DNA from: a virus
Lineage: Duplodnaviria > Heunggongvirae > Uroviricota > Caudoviricetes
IMG/VR virus record: IMGVR_UViG_3300035156_000038
Span: 21,726 to 85,725 of that record
DNA: 64,000 nucleotides
Direction: 5' to 3' (one strand)
Shown here: one piece after another, positions 26,987 to 35,532 of the stretch
Layout of the letters: each line of letters starts with the position of its first letter
How positions within the stretch are numbered: the first letter of the stretch is position 1
Position numbers and translations under genes: made by a program
Notes under the pieces: generated by a model
Told to the model about the DNA's origin: nothing
The model's database searches: none
What the model saw: only the letters and a program-made list of their open reading frames with translations

Positions 26987-27398
26987 GAATCTCCATTAGC
27001 AGCTTACCTAGCCAGTTCTGGCCCTCGCCGTAGCAAACACCCCAGAAGGTATCATACCACGTATTTTCTTCGATTAGCTCACGCTCTCCGGTAGCTAGCA
27101 AAGCAACGCGCAAGTAACCCCAGCTAAACTTCTCGCGTAGCAGGCCCCTCATAACATCCAGCTTGATAGCTTCCCAGTCAGGCCGTAGCGTGATTTGCTT
27201 GCCCATGCGTTTAGCTTGGCCGGGAGTTGTGCACAGCCGAATAGCTTCGCGGAATTCCTTCACCGTTGTTTTGGCAGCTTGGTAGGCATGTTCCACGGTG
27301 GGGTACATCACGCCTTCAAGCTCCACTTCGCAGAGCGTGAAGTTGGATAGCCAGCGGTAGTCACCGTGGAAGCCGCTGATAGGTAGCAGCTTGCTCAT
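26958..27398 (-). CDS. NADAR-domain protein (YbiA-like; ADP-ribose/NAD-related N-glycosidase family)
   Basis: FHGDYRWLSNF…YPTVEHAYQAAK matches the NADAR/DUF1768 core motif (Y..LSNF…EH.YQA.K). Confidence 0.7.
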   Translation of the reverse strand: MSKLLPISGFHGDYRWLSNFTLCEVELEGVMYPTVEHAYQAAKTTVKEFREAIRLCTTPGQAKRMGKQITLRPDWEAIKLDVMRGLLREKFSWGYLRVALLATGERELIEENTWYDTFWGVCYGEGQNWLGKLLMEIREELRGNRS

Positions 27399-27574
27399 AT
27401 TTTCTCCTTAGTCGATAAACTTCTTGTAGTGTGCTTCGAACATCTTGTCCATCTGAATCAGGATCAAGTCGTATTTGTCTGGCTTACCCTTGAACAGCTT
27501 ACGCCGTGCACGGATAGCTTCGTAGTCGGCTAGGACAAGTTTGTAGTGTTCCTCGCCCAGTGTGTCACGGTTCT

Positions 27575-27760
27575 TCAACGGTCGCCCCGGTTATCCCAGA
27601 AGTAATCACAGGTTTGCACTTCCTTGCCGTCTTCTTCCGCTACGTTAAGCGGCACAACAGCGAAGAACGACTGCCTGTAGGGATGGGCGTTAGCCGTGTA
27701 GCGGTAGCACTTCGATTTCTTCTTGCAAGCGTCGCCACAGCACATGGTAATGTCAGCCAT
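27575..27760 (-). CDS. small Cys-rich protein
   Basis: 61 aa with a CC…C…C cluster; RBS AAGGAGAAAACAAATG. Confidence 0.4.
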   Translation of the reverse strand: MADITMCCGDACKKKSKCYRYTANAHPYRQSFFAVVPLNVAEEDGKEVQTCDYFWDNRGDR

Positions 27761-27771
27761 TTGTTTTCTCC

Positions 27772-28110
27772 TTAAAAGTTCATTTCATGGAAGTATTGTT
27801 CTTCCGCTTCTACGTTCATAGCACACAACAGCGAACCATCCGGCAAAGGAATGTCGTTGATCCTGCGTGCGCAATCGGTGCAGTACCACGCACGCGAACC
27901 CTTGTTCCACCAGTAAGCGCCGGGACGCTGGCAGCGGGTAACGTTGCAGGAACCGAGCCGTTGGCCTTTGTCGGCCTTATTAGGGCCTTCCCAGCCATAA
28001 CGCCCGTAGTGGCCCTCTTGCGGCACTTCCACGGTCGCAGGCTGGGGTGGGTTGTGGCGAGTATTGAAGTTGCCTTGGTTGACCCGCTTGTGCATTCTGG
28101 ATAGCTTCAT
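27772..28110 (-). CDS. Cys-rich putative zinc-binding protein
   Basis: Start moved to MKLSRMHK; two C…C pairs (CNVTRC, CTDC). Confidence 0.4.
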   Translation of the reverse strand: MKLSRMHKRVNQGNFNTRHNPPQPATVEVPQEGHYGRYGWEGPNKADKGQRLGSCNVTRCQRPGAYWWNKGSRAWYCTDCARRINDIPLPDGSLLCAMNVEAEEQYFHEMNF

Positions 28111-28180
28111 AAAACCCCCGTTGAAATAGAATAGGGCCATTCTACCGAGGTAGAACAGCCCTGTCTACTACTTTCGTAGC

Positions 28181-28438
28181 TTACTGCTTAAAAATGTCCA
28201 GCGTGCCTTTAGGCAGCTTCAGTATGTCCATCAGGCTACCGCCAAGGTATTCCAGATCAGGCGTGTACACCTGTGGCACGGTACGATGCCCGAGCGTCTT
28301 AAACGCGTGCATACCACTTTCGTCTTCGTCAATCTTTACTACCTTGTGGGCGATGCCCAGTCGTTCGAAGTGCTGGATAACTGCAACGCAACCAGCGCAG
28401 CCATTACCCGAGAACACCGTCAAGTGGTTCGTTACCAT
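28181..28438 (-). CDS. nrdH: glutaredoxin-like protein (NrdH-like)
   Basis: 85 aa; redox CAGC near N-term, …RTVPQVY…YLGG pattern; adjacent to RNR. Confidence 0.6.
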   Translation of the reverse strand: MVTNHLTVFSGNGCAGCVAVIQHFERLGIAHKVVKIDEDESGMHAFKTLGHRTVPQVYTPDLEYLGGSLMDILKLPKGTLDIFKQ

Positions 28439-28592
28439 TATTGTTTACTCCGTATAAAATTGTTCGTTTGATGTGGTCTGGTACAGCCACAACGCCTAGC
28501 TTCACCGCTTCTGCCCATACGTCCACCACACCGTAGCTAGGATGGTTGTAAAGGTTAAGAGGCGGGAACTTGTCATTCCACGCCTCGCCCAT
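28404..28592 (-). CDS. hypothetical small protein
   Basis: 62 aa; bridges RNR and glutaredoxin genes. Confidence 0.3.
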   Translation of the reverse strand: MGEAWNDKFPPLNLYNHPSYGVVDVWAEAVKLGVVAVPDHIKRTILYGVNNNGNEPLDGVLG

Positions 28593-30472
28593 TACTGGGT
28601 CACTTCACATTGACCGCCAGCACACGCAGCTTCCATCGTGTGTGCCGTGTTGTCGTCTTCTTCGTTGACCAACGTAAGGTCGAAGTTACCTTGTGCTTCA
28701 ATGTAGGCCATTAGACCTTCGTACAGGTCTTCAGAGCAGTCTTCAAACGGAGCCTGAACGTAGGTGCCACCGTCATACGGAAGCACGCTAATACCGTTGT
28801 ATTCGTCGCGGTACTTCCACATCCAATCGCCGCAAGCTTCCCACTCATCGCCCTTCAGGCTAATAGTGCAGGAAATGTTGTGACGTTGCACGCCACGGTT
28901 GTGTCCCGGCTTAATCCACTCTTGGTTAAAGCGGCGAACACGCTCTAGCAAGTCCATGAAGCTTTCCGTACGAAGAATACTACCTTCCGGGGCTTTCTGG
29001 GGGAACGACATCACAGCTTCAAGGTGCGGCTTAAACTTGCAGTCTTCCACCAGCAGCGGGAAGTTCTTCAGCATGTAGAAGTACAGTGCTTCGTTCTTAC
29101 CAACGCGCATACGGCGAATGTAGAAGTCATTGTGCCAAGCGTGCACACCCGACGAACTACCAACCACAATCGAAGCAGTACCTTCCGGCTTCATCAACGA
29201 AGTACGGGCAGCAGTGTTGACGCCAATGATAGCAGCTACACGGGCGTTCTCATCAACCACGTGGCTAGCGGCTTCTTCCCAGTCCAGCGGCAGAGCCTTA
29301 CCCGAGCCAATACCAGTGCACGACACACCAATCAACGAGTCGTCTTCAGTCACTTCACGCCAGATGCTACGCAGGTAGTGGAAGTTCGTGAAGCCAGCTT
29401 GCAACGTACCAATGAAGGTAGCAGCACGCGCACGCAGGTTCAATTCCTTTTGCGTACCAACATCGTCGCCGTTGATCGTCGTTAGGTTACAGAACGAGTA
29501 CATTTGCAGCGTAGCTTCCACGCATGGATTCGACAGGATGTTACGGTCGTTAGTCCAGTACACGCCCGGCTCACCCGCGTTCGAATCTTCTACACGCTTC
29601 CAGATAGCTTTAAACATCGCTTCGTCAATCGTACCACGCAGCAGCACAACTGAGTTGTTAGCACGGCCACGTTGAGGGTTCAGTTCCCACCACGCACCGC
29701 TCTTGCAGGTAATCATATCCAGATCGTCAGGGCTGAAGAACGCGATCATAGCAGCACGGCGAATACCACCCGACAAGACAGCATCGGCAATGTGGCATTG
29801 AATGTCGTGACACTCAAGCGGGGTCAGCTTACGTCCAATAGCACCGTTAAGCACCGTACGGATGTTCTCGATACAGATACGCAGCGGTTCTGGCCCCGGA
29901 GCTTTACCGCCAGCGGTAATCAGGCGTGCACCCTTCGGGCGAATATCGCCGTAGTCCATATCAGGATCAGCACGGCCTTCGAAGTAGGCACGTACAACCA
30001 CCTTAACTGCGTCTGCCCAGCCTTCGATACTGTCACCGACAACGAAGCGACGGCGACGGCTTGTAGGCCCCTTAACGGCTGGCAGTTGTTCCACGTGATG
30101 CTGCTGCACGCTGTAACCTACGCCCGAGCCACCCAGCAGCAGGAACATGGTTTCAGAGAACGAATGCAGGCTGTCTACTGGCAAGCAGCAGCAGTTGAAC
30201 ATACGCGTGTTGTTCATTTCGATTGGCTTACCGCCAAACTGCATCGAACGCATGGAAGGCAGCACCTTCTTGGTCTTCACGTACGTGTTAAATACGTAGG
30301 CAATTTCTTCGGCCAGCATCGGGTACTTAGCCATGTGCATACGCATGTTGCGCTCACAGATTTCTTCCCATGTTTCCCGGCGTCCTAGCTCTGGGATGTA
30401 CTTAGCATACTTGTTAAAGACCACAACATCGCTGAGAATCTTCTGCGATTTGTTCATCGGGGATTTACTCAT
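28592..30472 (-). CDS. nrdJ: ribonucleotide reductase catalytic subunit, monomeric class II-like (no NrdB in window)
   Basis: 626 aa; FNCCCLPVDSLHSFSETMFLLLGGSGVGYS aligns with the RNR Cys225/finger-loop region (…SCVL.ECGDSL…GIGIN); no beta-subunit gene nearby. Confidence 0.65.
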   Translation of the reverse strand: MSKSPMNKSQKILSDVVVFNKYAKYIPELGRRETWEEICERNMRMHMAKYPMLAEEIAYVFNTYVKTKKVLPSMRSMQFGGKPIEMNNTRMFNCCCLPVDSLHSFSETMFLLLGGSGVGYSVQQHHVEQLPAVKGPTSRRRRFVVGDSIEGWADAVKVVVRAYFEGRADPDMDYGDIRPKGARLITAGGKAPGPEPLRICIENIRTVLNGAIGRKLTPLECHDIQCHIADAVLSGGIRRAAMIAFFSPDDLDMITCKSGAWWELNPQRGRANNSVVLLRGTIDEAMFKAIWKRVEDSNAGEPGVYWTNDRNILSNPCVEATLQMYSFCNLTTINGDDVGTQKELNLRARAATFIGTLQAGFTNFHYLRSIWREVTEDDSLIGVSCTGIGSGKALPLDWEEAASHVVDENARVAAIIGVNTAARTSLMKPEGTASIVVGSSSGVHAWHNDFYIRRMRVGKNEALYFYMLKNFPLLVEDCKFKPHLEAVMSFPQKAPEGSILRTESFMDLLERVRRFNQEWIKPGHNRGVQRHNISCTISLKGDEWEACGDWMWKYRDEYNGISVLPYDGGTYVQAPFEDCSEDLYEGLMAYIEAQGNFDLTLVNEEDDNTAHTMEAACAGGQCEVTQ

Positions 30473-30488
30473 TATTACAATTATTCCT

Positions 30489-30518
30489 TCTGAAAATGAA
30501 AACGGGGCCGAAGCCCCG
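30489..30518 (-). terminator. hairpin + U-tract in RNR leader (terminator/attenuator)
   Basis: ACGGGGCCGAAGCCCCGT followed on the minus strand by UUUCAUUUUC; lies between the promoter and the RNR RBS. Confidence 0.5.
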
Positions 30519-30537
30519 TGAAAATGTGTTAGGCGCA

Positions 30538-30566
30538 GATTATACCACGCTAGCTACCACTTTGCA
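30538..30566 (-). promoter_or_regulatory. sigma70-type promoter (leftward) upstream of RNR
   Basis: Minus strand: TTGCAA - 17 - TATAAT. Confidence 0.6.
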
Positions 30567-30580
30567 AGGCTGTTAGCTTG

Positions 30581-31117
30581 TTAAGCTGGAAGCCAGCCTT
30601 CGTGGTAGTCATAAATTGTCTTGCGGCTTCCGTCTGGGTTGTACGGATCACCACGAACCTGTAGCAGCAAATCTTTCAGCACTTCTACCTGCATACGAAT
30701 CAGGTGTTCGTTCTCCATCGTCAGTTCGGGCGGGAAGCCTTTCTCACTTTGGCCTTCTTCACCGCCGTAGTCCCGGCCCGAAGTCATCTGCTTAGCCATA
30801 TCGTTAGCTAGGCCGAGGTCGCTGTAGCCACGAACAATCATACGATCTTCCGAAGTGGCGAAGGCGCTTGACAAGAACGCCTCGTTGCATTCCACTTCAC
30901 CGATAATGCGGTAGGCTACTACCACTTTTCCTTGCATGTTGCGATGTTGCGACGGGATGTATTCAATCGGAAAATCCAGATCGAAGCCTAGCACTTTAAG
31001 GAACGGTGCAATCAGCTTGTCATTCGTAGGATTGATAAAGTCAATCATGCGAAGGTGGGCCAGTTCAGGGACAATGCCGCCCATCAGGTCTGTTACCGAG
31101 ATACTTTTCATCATCAT
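30581..31117 (-). CDS. hypothetical protein
   Basis: 178 aa. Confidence 0.45.
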   Translation of the reverse strand: MMMKSISVTDLMGGIVPELAHLRMIDFINPTNDKLIAPFLKVLGFDLDFPIEYIPSQHRNMQGKVVVAYRIIGEVECNEAFLSSAFATSEDRMIVRGYSDLGLANDMAKQMTSGRDYGGEEGQSEKGFPPELTMENEHLIRMQVEVLKDLLLQVRGDPYNPDGSRKTIYDYHEGWLPA

Positions 31118-31581
31118 TCCTTTGGAACCAGATCGCTAACGTCTGCCTTGACATAGTTAGACGGCTTGCGGAATTTACCTACCGCATCTTTAATAACTTG
31201 ACGCTTGTACTTGGCGTTGTGATGCAGCGTGAATGCTGGATCGTACGCAAAGAGTTCACCGTCAGCAGGGAACTTCGACAGGTTGTTAGCGTTGACGCGG
31301 CCCAGAGCCTTAGCCACATCGTAGCCAGCCACTTCCAGCTTTTGCAGCAGGCCGACCGACACAACGAACAGGTCACATGCTTCCTTCAGTAGTTCAGCCT
31401 TGTTGCCGCTTTCGAACGCGTCAATCACTTCAGCAGTTTCTTCGAAACAGAAGCTAATCTGCGCGTCAATACTGGCATCGTCAACCGTAGTCAGGTTCCC
31501 GGCGATGTCATTCATTTCACGGATTTCGTCGTACGCTACCCGGACTACCTTACCAATGTTACTCATTTTATTTCCTTTCAA
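31114..31581 (-). CDS. MazG-like nucleotide pyrophosphohydrolase
   Basis: 155 aa; acidic ExxE…EE…D spacing (FEETAEVIDAFE…EACD) typical of the all-alpha NTP-PPase fold. Confidence 0.45.
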   Translation of the reverse strand: MKGNKMSNIGKVVRVAYDEIREMNDIAGNLTTVDDASIDAQISFCFEETAEVIDAFESGNKAELLKEACDLFVVSVGLLQKLEVAGYDVAKALGRVNANNLSKFPADGELFAYDPAFTLHHNAKYKRQVIKDAVGKFRKPSNYVKADVSDLVPKE

Positions 31582-31881
31582 TCAACCTAGTGGGTTGATA
31601 AGATTCTGTTGCACTAGCCATGCTTTAAGCACTGGCATTGTCTTGTAGTCGTACTCTACGTGGTAGAAGTAGTCCTGAAAATCATCCGGGTCACGTCCCG
31701 GTTCCAACAGCGAAAACCCTTCGCTATCGAATATGGCAGCTACGCCGCCCGGTGTCTGGTCAAACAGCGCAGTGAAGTCGTACAACGGGGTAAGCCTCAC
31801 TTTACCGTTTGACAAGCAAACCAACGTAACGGGGAAGCTGTCAGCAATGATAACTTCCATCATACGCATCAGATGTTCCAC
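31582..31881 (-). CDS. hypothetical protein
   Basis: 99 aa. Confidence 0.4.
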   Translation of the reverse strand: MEHLMRMMEVIIADSFPVTLVCLSNGKVRLTPLYDFTALFDQTPGGVAAIFDSEGFSLLEPGRDPDDFQDYFYHVEYDYKTMPVLKAWLVQQNLINPLG

Positions 31882-32093
31882 CCCAGTTCACGGGCCTTAG
31901 CACGGGCCAGAATGAAGTTGTCTACATCTGTCAGTTTAAGCGGCCAATCGTCGCCGTCCCTGTCTTCATCTTCCGTCACAACAACGCCGCTATCTTTCCG
32001 TGTGATGAAGCACGCCTTACCGTACTGGTCGTTTGCAAAGCGGATACGGCTGATAGGCTTAGGTGCCTCAATATTACGAATATCAATTTCCAT
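31869..32093 (-). CDS. hypothetical protein
   Basis: 74 aa acidic. Confidence 0.4.
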   Translation of the reverse strand: MEIDIRNIEAPKPISRIRFANDQYGKACFITRKDSGVVVTEDEDRDGDDWPLKLTDVDNFILARAKARELGWNI

Positions 32094-32128
32094 ATATTTC
32101 TCCTTAGTTATCCCTAACGGGAGTTGTC

Positions 32129-32998
32129 TTACAACGGCATCAGTTCAAGAACTGGAATCCCGTCGATAATCAACCCGCAACCGATGATCGGGCGCTTCAG
32201 GTTGGTATTGTTGTAGCTAAACGCGTAGCTATCGTCGTGAATCAGGCAACCTACCTGCATACTAAAATACGCACCCAGCGGGTTAGCCCAGTAGTTCACG
32301 CCGAATTTCTCATGGTAGTGGCCTTGGACGACAGACATTCCCATCGCTTGCGACAGCTTCATACCGTCAGCCGACTTGCCGTGGTGGAAGTACACCTTCT
32401 GGCCGTCAGGCAGTTCGATAGTCATATCCATGTGCCACTTCCAGCCGCTACCTACGCCTAGCACATCATTGTAGCTCTTGATGTACTGCCGTGGAACGCC
32501 GTGATGCTTGGCTTTGCGCCATACCAAGCTACCATGATTGCTGTCTAGGATGTCCATGTTAGGGAACATCGTTTCGACTTCCTTAATGATGGGCAGGGAA
32601 GCACGAAGCTCGTCACCAGCACTCATCAGGTCAGGGTCGCTATCATGGAAGGAAAGCGCGTGCTTGTCAAGCTCATCGCCAATGCTAATAATCCGGGTAG
32701 GATCGTAGCGAAGCTTCAAGCCAGCAAGGAAAGGCAGCATCTTCGGATGATGGTAGGGGATGTGCATATCCGAGATAATCAGGACACGTGAGTTGTCCTT
32801 ACCGTCTTCGTAGTCAACACGCCCCGGCTCGCAGTACATATCGTCAATGCGCGCTTGTGCCTTCATTTCCCGGTAGCCACGCAGGTAGTCGTTCACGGTA
32901 GTCTTGCCTTTGCCTACGGCTTTAGCAATGTCCCGGTCGGACGTTCCGGCTTCGGCTAGCTTAACAGCTAGGTTCTGCCAGTGTTGGTTCGTATCCAT
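32129..32998 (-). CDS. calcineurin-like metallophosphoesterase with N-terminal HTH
   Basis: ISDMHIPYHH (D.H), GDELDKH (GDxxD), DSNHGS (GNH[DE]) motifs; N-terminal 40 aa helix-turn-helix-like. Confidence 0.6.
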   Translation of the reverse strand: MDTNQHWQNLAVKLAEAGTSDRDIAKAVGKGKTTVNDYLRGYREMKAQARIDDMYCEPGRVDYEDGKDNSRVLIISDMHIPYHHPKMLPFLAGLKLRYDPTRIISIGDELDKHALSFHDSDPDLMSAGDELRASLPIIKEVETMFPNMDILDSNHGSLVWRKAKHHGVPRQYIKSYNDVLGVGSGWKWHMDMTIELPDGQKVYFHHGKSADGMKLSQAMGMSVVQGHYHEKFGVNYWANPLGAYFSMQVGCLIHDDSYAFSYNNTNLKRPIIGCGLIIDGIPVLELMPL

Positions 32999-33004
32999 AC
33001 TACT

Positions 33005-33030
33005 CCTGTTAAAAGCCCCGCCGAAGCGGG
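33005..33030 (-). terminator. rho-independent terminator (leftward)
   Basis: CCCCGC-CGAA-GCGGGG followed on the minus strand by CUUUUAAC. Confidence 0.5.
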
Positions 33031-33037
33031 GTAGTTG

Positions 33038-33436
33038 TTAAACGGCTGCTACCAGAGCTTCAGCCGCAGCAATCATTTCTACCTTGGCTGTTTCGTACGC
33101 AGCTTTAGTCGCACGCACCTTGGCAGATGCCGCCTTGAAGGCCAGCATTTCCGAGGCTTCAGGGCCAGCAGCTTCCACAACACGCAGGCCACGGACGCCC
33201 ACGATGTATTGTTCGTTGCCGATTTCAATGCCAGCGACTTGCTCACTATTGGCATACGCGCCTTCAGATGGCGGGGTATGGTCAGCAACAGCGATCACCT
33301 TACCCACCGTACGTGGCACAGTGTTGTGCAGCTTGTAGTTACGGAGCCCGTTTCGATCAGCAAAGCGTTGGAACGTGCTGTAGTTCTGGCCGGGGTTGGT
33401 AACTTCAACGATGTCGCCTACTTTAATGGTAGTCAT
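33038..33436 (-). CDS. paralog-family protein 1 (IKVGD barrel motif + coiled-coil tail)
   Basis: MTTIKVGDIVEV… N-term; Ala/Lys-rich helical C-term; RBS AAGGAGATAACATG. Confidence 0.5.
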   Translation of the reverse strand: MTTIKVGDIVEVTNPGQNYSTFQRFADRNGLRNYKLHNTVPRTVGKVIAVADHTPPSEGAYANSEQVAGIEIGNEQYIVGVRGLRVVEAAGPEASEMLAFKAASAKVRATKAAYETAKVEMIAAAEALVAAV

Positions 33437-33448
33437 GTTATCTCCTTA

Positions 33449-34201
33449 TTATTTAAGAAGTTCAGCAGCAGTTGCTTCGAACTTGTTCACGGCGATGGTG
33501 TAAGCGATGCTAGCGTTACGAAGTTCGTCACGGGCTGCTTGCAGTTGTTCGGCTTTGGTAGGTTCCACGGTTGGTGGCAGCACAACCCAAGTGCCTTTGC
33601 TTACGTAATCTTTGACGGAGCTAACATCGTACGTGGTGTTACCACCGTCCCATTTTACCGTAGCACGGTCACTGCCTTTCAGGCCCGTGATGTCCACCGT
33701 GTAGATTGTGGTTGCATCGTCTACATGGCGGAAGCGGAAGCTATTAGGCTCTGCTGGTTTAGCAGGCTTCACTTCTTCAATGTACTGCCACACACAACCG
33801 AACTTGGCACAGCCGTTCAGGTTGGTAACAAGCGCGCTTTCTTCCCAGAACGCTTTATGTTCGGGGGTAGCCACTTCGTCAGCGGTAGTGCACACAAACT
33901 TGGTGCCGTCAACGCGCGTCATGCGGAAGTTACCGCCCGGAGTGGTGAACTTGAACACATCCGGCAGGGTAGTGAACACGGGTTCGAAGCACGCCAGCGG
34001 GTATGAGAAGCCGCAATCTGCGATGGCGTAGCCTGTATTGTTGATGCAGACGCCCGTGATGGTAGTGGTCTTGCCCACCATTTTATCCATTTCTCCAACC
34101 CACGAATTCTGCCACTCGACGCCCTCACCCATGCCGTTCTTGTCGTCGGTTGCTACCGCACGGACCACACGGACTTTATCACCAATCTTCAGTTCCTTCA
34201 T
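33449..34201 (-). CDS. paralog-family protein 2
   Basis: MKELKIGDKVRVV…; C-terminal coiled coil; 250 aa. Confidence 0.5.
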   Translation of the reverse strand: MKELKIGDKVRVVRAVATDDKNGMGEGVEWQNSWVGEMDKMVGKTTTITGVCINNTGYAIADCGFSYPLACFEPVFTTLPDVFKFTTPGGNFRMTRVDGTKFVCTTADEVATPEHKAFWEESALVTNLNGCAKFGCVWQYIEEVKPAKPAEPNSFRFRHVDDATTIYTVDITGLKGSDRATVKWDGGNTTYDVSSVKDYVSKGTWVVLPPTVEPTKAEQLQAARDELRNASIAYTIAVNKFEATAAELLK

Positions 34202-34237
34202 TTCATTCTCCTTGTTGAGTTAAGTTTGGTAGCTAGT

Positions 34238-34267
34238 GTTTTAAAATGATAGCTACCTAGCTGTCAA
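34238..34267 (-). promoter_or_regulatory. sigma70-like promoter (weak −10)
   Basis: Minus strand: TTGACA - 17 - TTAAAA. Confidence 0.35.
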
Positions 34268-34273
34268 GCTAAA

Positions 34274-34879
34274 TTACAGCGCAGCGCGTTCGGCCTTGGC
34301 TTTAGCCAGTGCTTTTTCTGCGTCTGCAATCGCTTTGTCCGCTGCTTCCTGCTTACGCTTCAGTTCGGTGAAGTCTTGGGCTTCCCACACCAGCGAACCA
34401 CGTGCGGTAAAGTCTAGAGCATGGTAAGCCGCTGGCGGGTTGTACACCTTAACGATGTCGTAGCCGCTGTTTGCGCCGTGGATGCCTTCCGTCACGCCAT
34501 TTAGACGGGCTTTCAGGGTAGCACCGCCCATTGCGTCCACGATGCGCAGGTAGCCGCTTTCTTCGTAGCCAACCATGCCCCCGCCGCCGTCACGGAATTC
34601 GACACGTTGGAACGGCTTCAGGTCAGCCGTAGCGAACTTAATGCGCTTGCCGTTTTCATCAACGCCGTTGGTGTCGTCGGCTACCAGTTCGAAGCGGTAG
34701 CCGTGGTAGCTAAAGCCTTCATGGTCAGAGCCTTCCAAGCCCAGCGAGCCGTCATAGCATAGTTCGCGGACGGTGTGTACCGAGCCTTCCAGTAGCCTGC
34801 CCGACGAGTAGCGACTAGCGGTGTTACGGCCTTGGCCGACTTTGACGATTACTTTACTACCGATTTTGATTGCGCTCAT
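34274..34879 (-). CDS. paralog-family protein 3
   Basis: MSAIKIGSKVIV…; C-terminal KQEAADKAIADAEKALAKAKAE coiled coil; 201 aa. Confidence 0.5.
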   Translation of the reverse strand: MSAIKIGSKVIVKVGQGRNTASRYSSGRLLEGSVHTVRELCYDGSLGLEGSDHEGFSYHGYRFELVADDTNGVDENGKRIKFATADLKPFQRVEFRDGGGGMVGYEESGYLRIVDAMGGATLKARLNGVTEGIHGANSGYDIVKVYNPPAAYHALDFTARGSLVWEAQDFTELKRKQEAADKAIADAEKALAKAKAERAAL

Positions 34880-34931
34880 GATTATTTCTCCTTGAGTTAG
34901 TTTACCCTATAGGGCAGTTAAGTAAGCAGCT

Positions 34932-34961
34932 AGTATAGTAGCTAGCTGCCTTGGTTGTCAA
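34932..34961 (-). promoter_or_regulatory. sigma70-type promoter
   Basis: Minus strand: TTGACA - 18 - TATACT. Confidence 0.5.
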
Positions 34962-34964
34962 GCC

Positions 34965-35531
34965 TTATTTCAGGGCTGCTTCAGCGGCTTCGACTTCTGC
35001 TTGCGCAGCAGCCAGCTTAGCTTTAGCGGCTTCCAATGCTTCACGCTTGGCTGCGTCTACTGCCGACCAGAGCAGTTCACCACGGGCTGATACGTTCAGG
35101 TAGCTAGCAGCGTGCTTCGGGGCTGCGTACACTTCCTTGATGTGGCAGCGATAGCCGTCAGTGCTAAGGAAGGCGCGATCCCAGCAACTTTCGCCAGCGT
35201 AGACGATAGCAGCGACGCTATGTTCAGCTTCTTCCACGAAGATAGCAGCACGGCCATCGTTGGTAATGACACGCATCCCGGTAGTCAGGTCAGCGATGGT
35301 AGTGATCGTGTCGGCCTTCACCAGTTGGAAACGGTGTGGATGTTGGCCGCTACCGCCAATGCCCACGCACTTGATAAGATCACAACCTCCGTCGCTTTCG
35401 TACATGACGATTTCCGACACAGTAAGAACCTTGCCCACCGACTCACTGAAGGAGCGGGAACCTTCCGAGGACAGAACAAGAACTTGGCTACCAACTTCGA
35501 TGCCATGCGAACGATTGAGTTTACGGGTCAT
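34965..35531 (-). CDS. paralog-family protein 4
   Basis: Start set at MTRKLNRSHGIEVGSQV (RBS AAGGAGAAATAACATG); coiled-coil C-term closely similar to protein 3. Confidence 0.5.
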   Translation of the reverse strand: MTRKLNRSHGIEVGSQVLVLSSEGSRSFSESVGKVLTVSEIVMYESDGGCDLIKCVGIGGSGQHPHRFQLVKADTITTIADLTTGMRVITNDGRAAIFVEEAEHSVAAIVYAGESCWDRAFLSTDGYRCHIKEVYAAPKHAASYLNVSARGELLWSAVDAAKREALEAAKAKLAAAQAEVEAAEAALK

Positions 35532-35532
35532 G

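Noticed and set aside
33035-34006. 323-aa + strand ORF spanning the paralog cluster
   Set aside because: Antisense to four genes that each have a strong RBS and promoter; protein is low-complexity, typical of a GC-skew shadow ORF.
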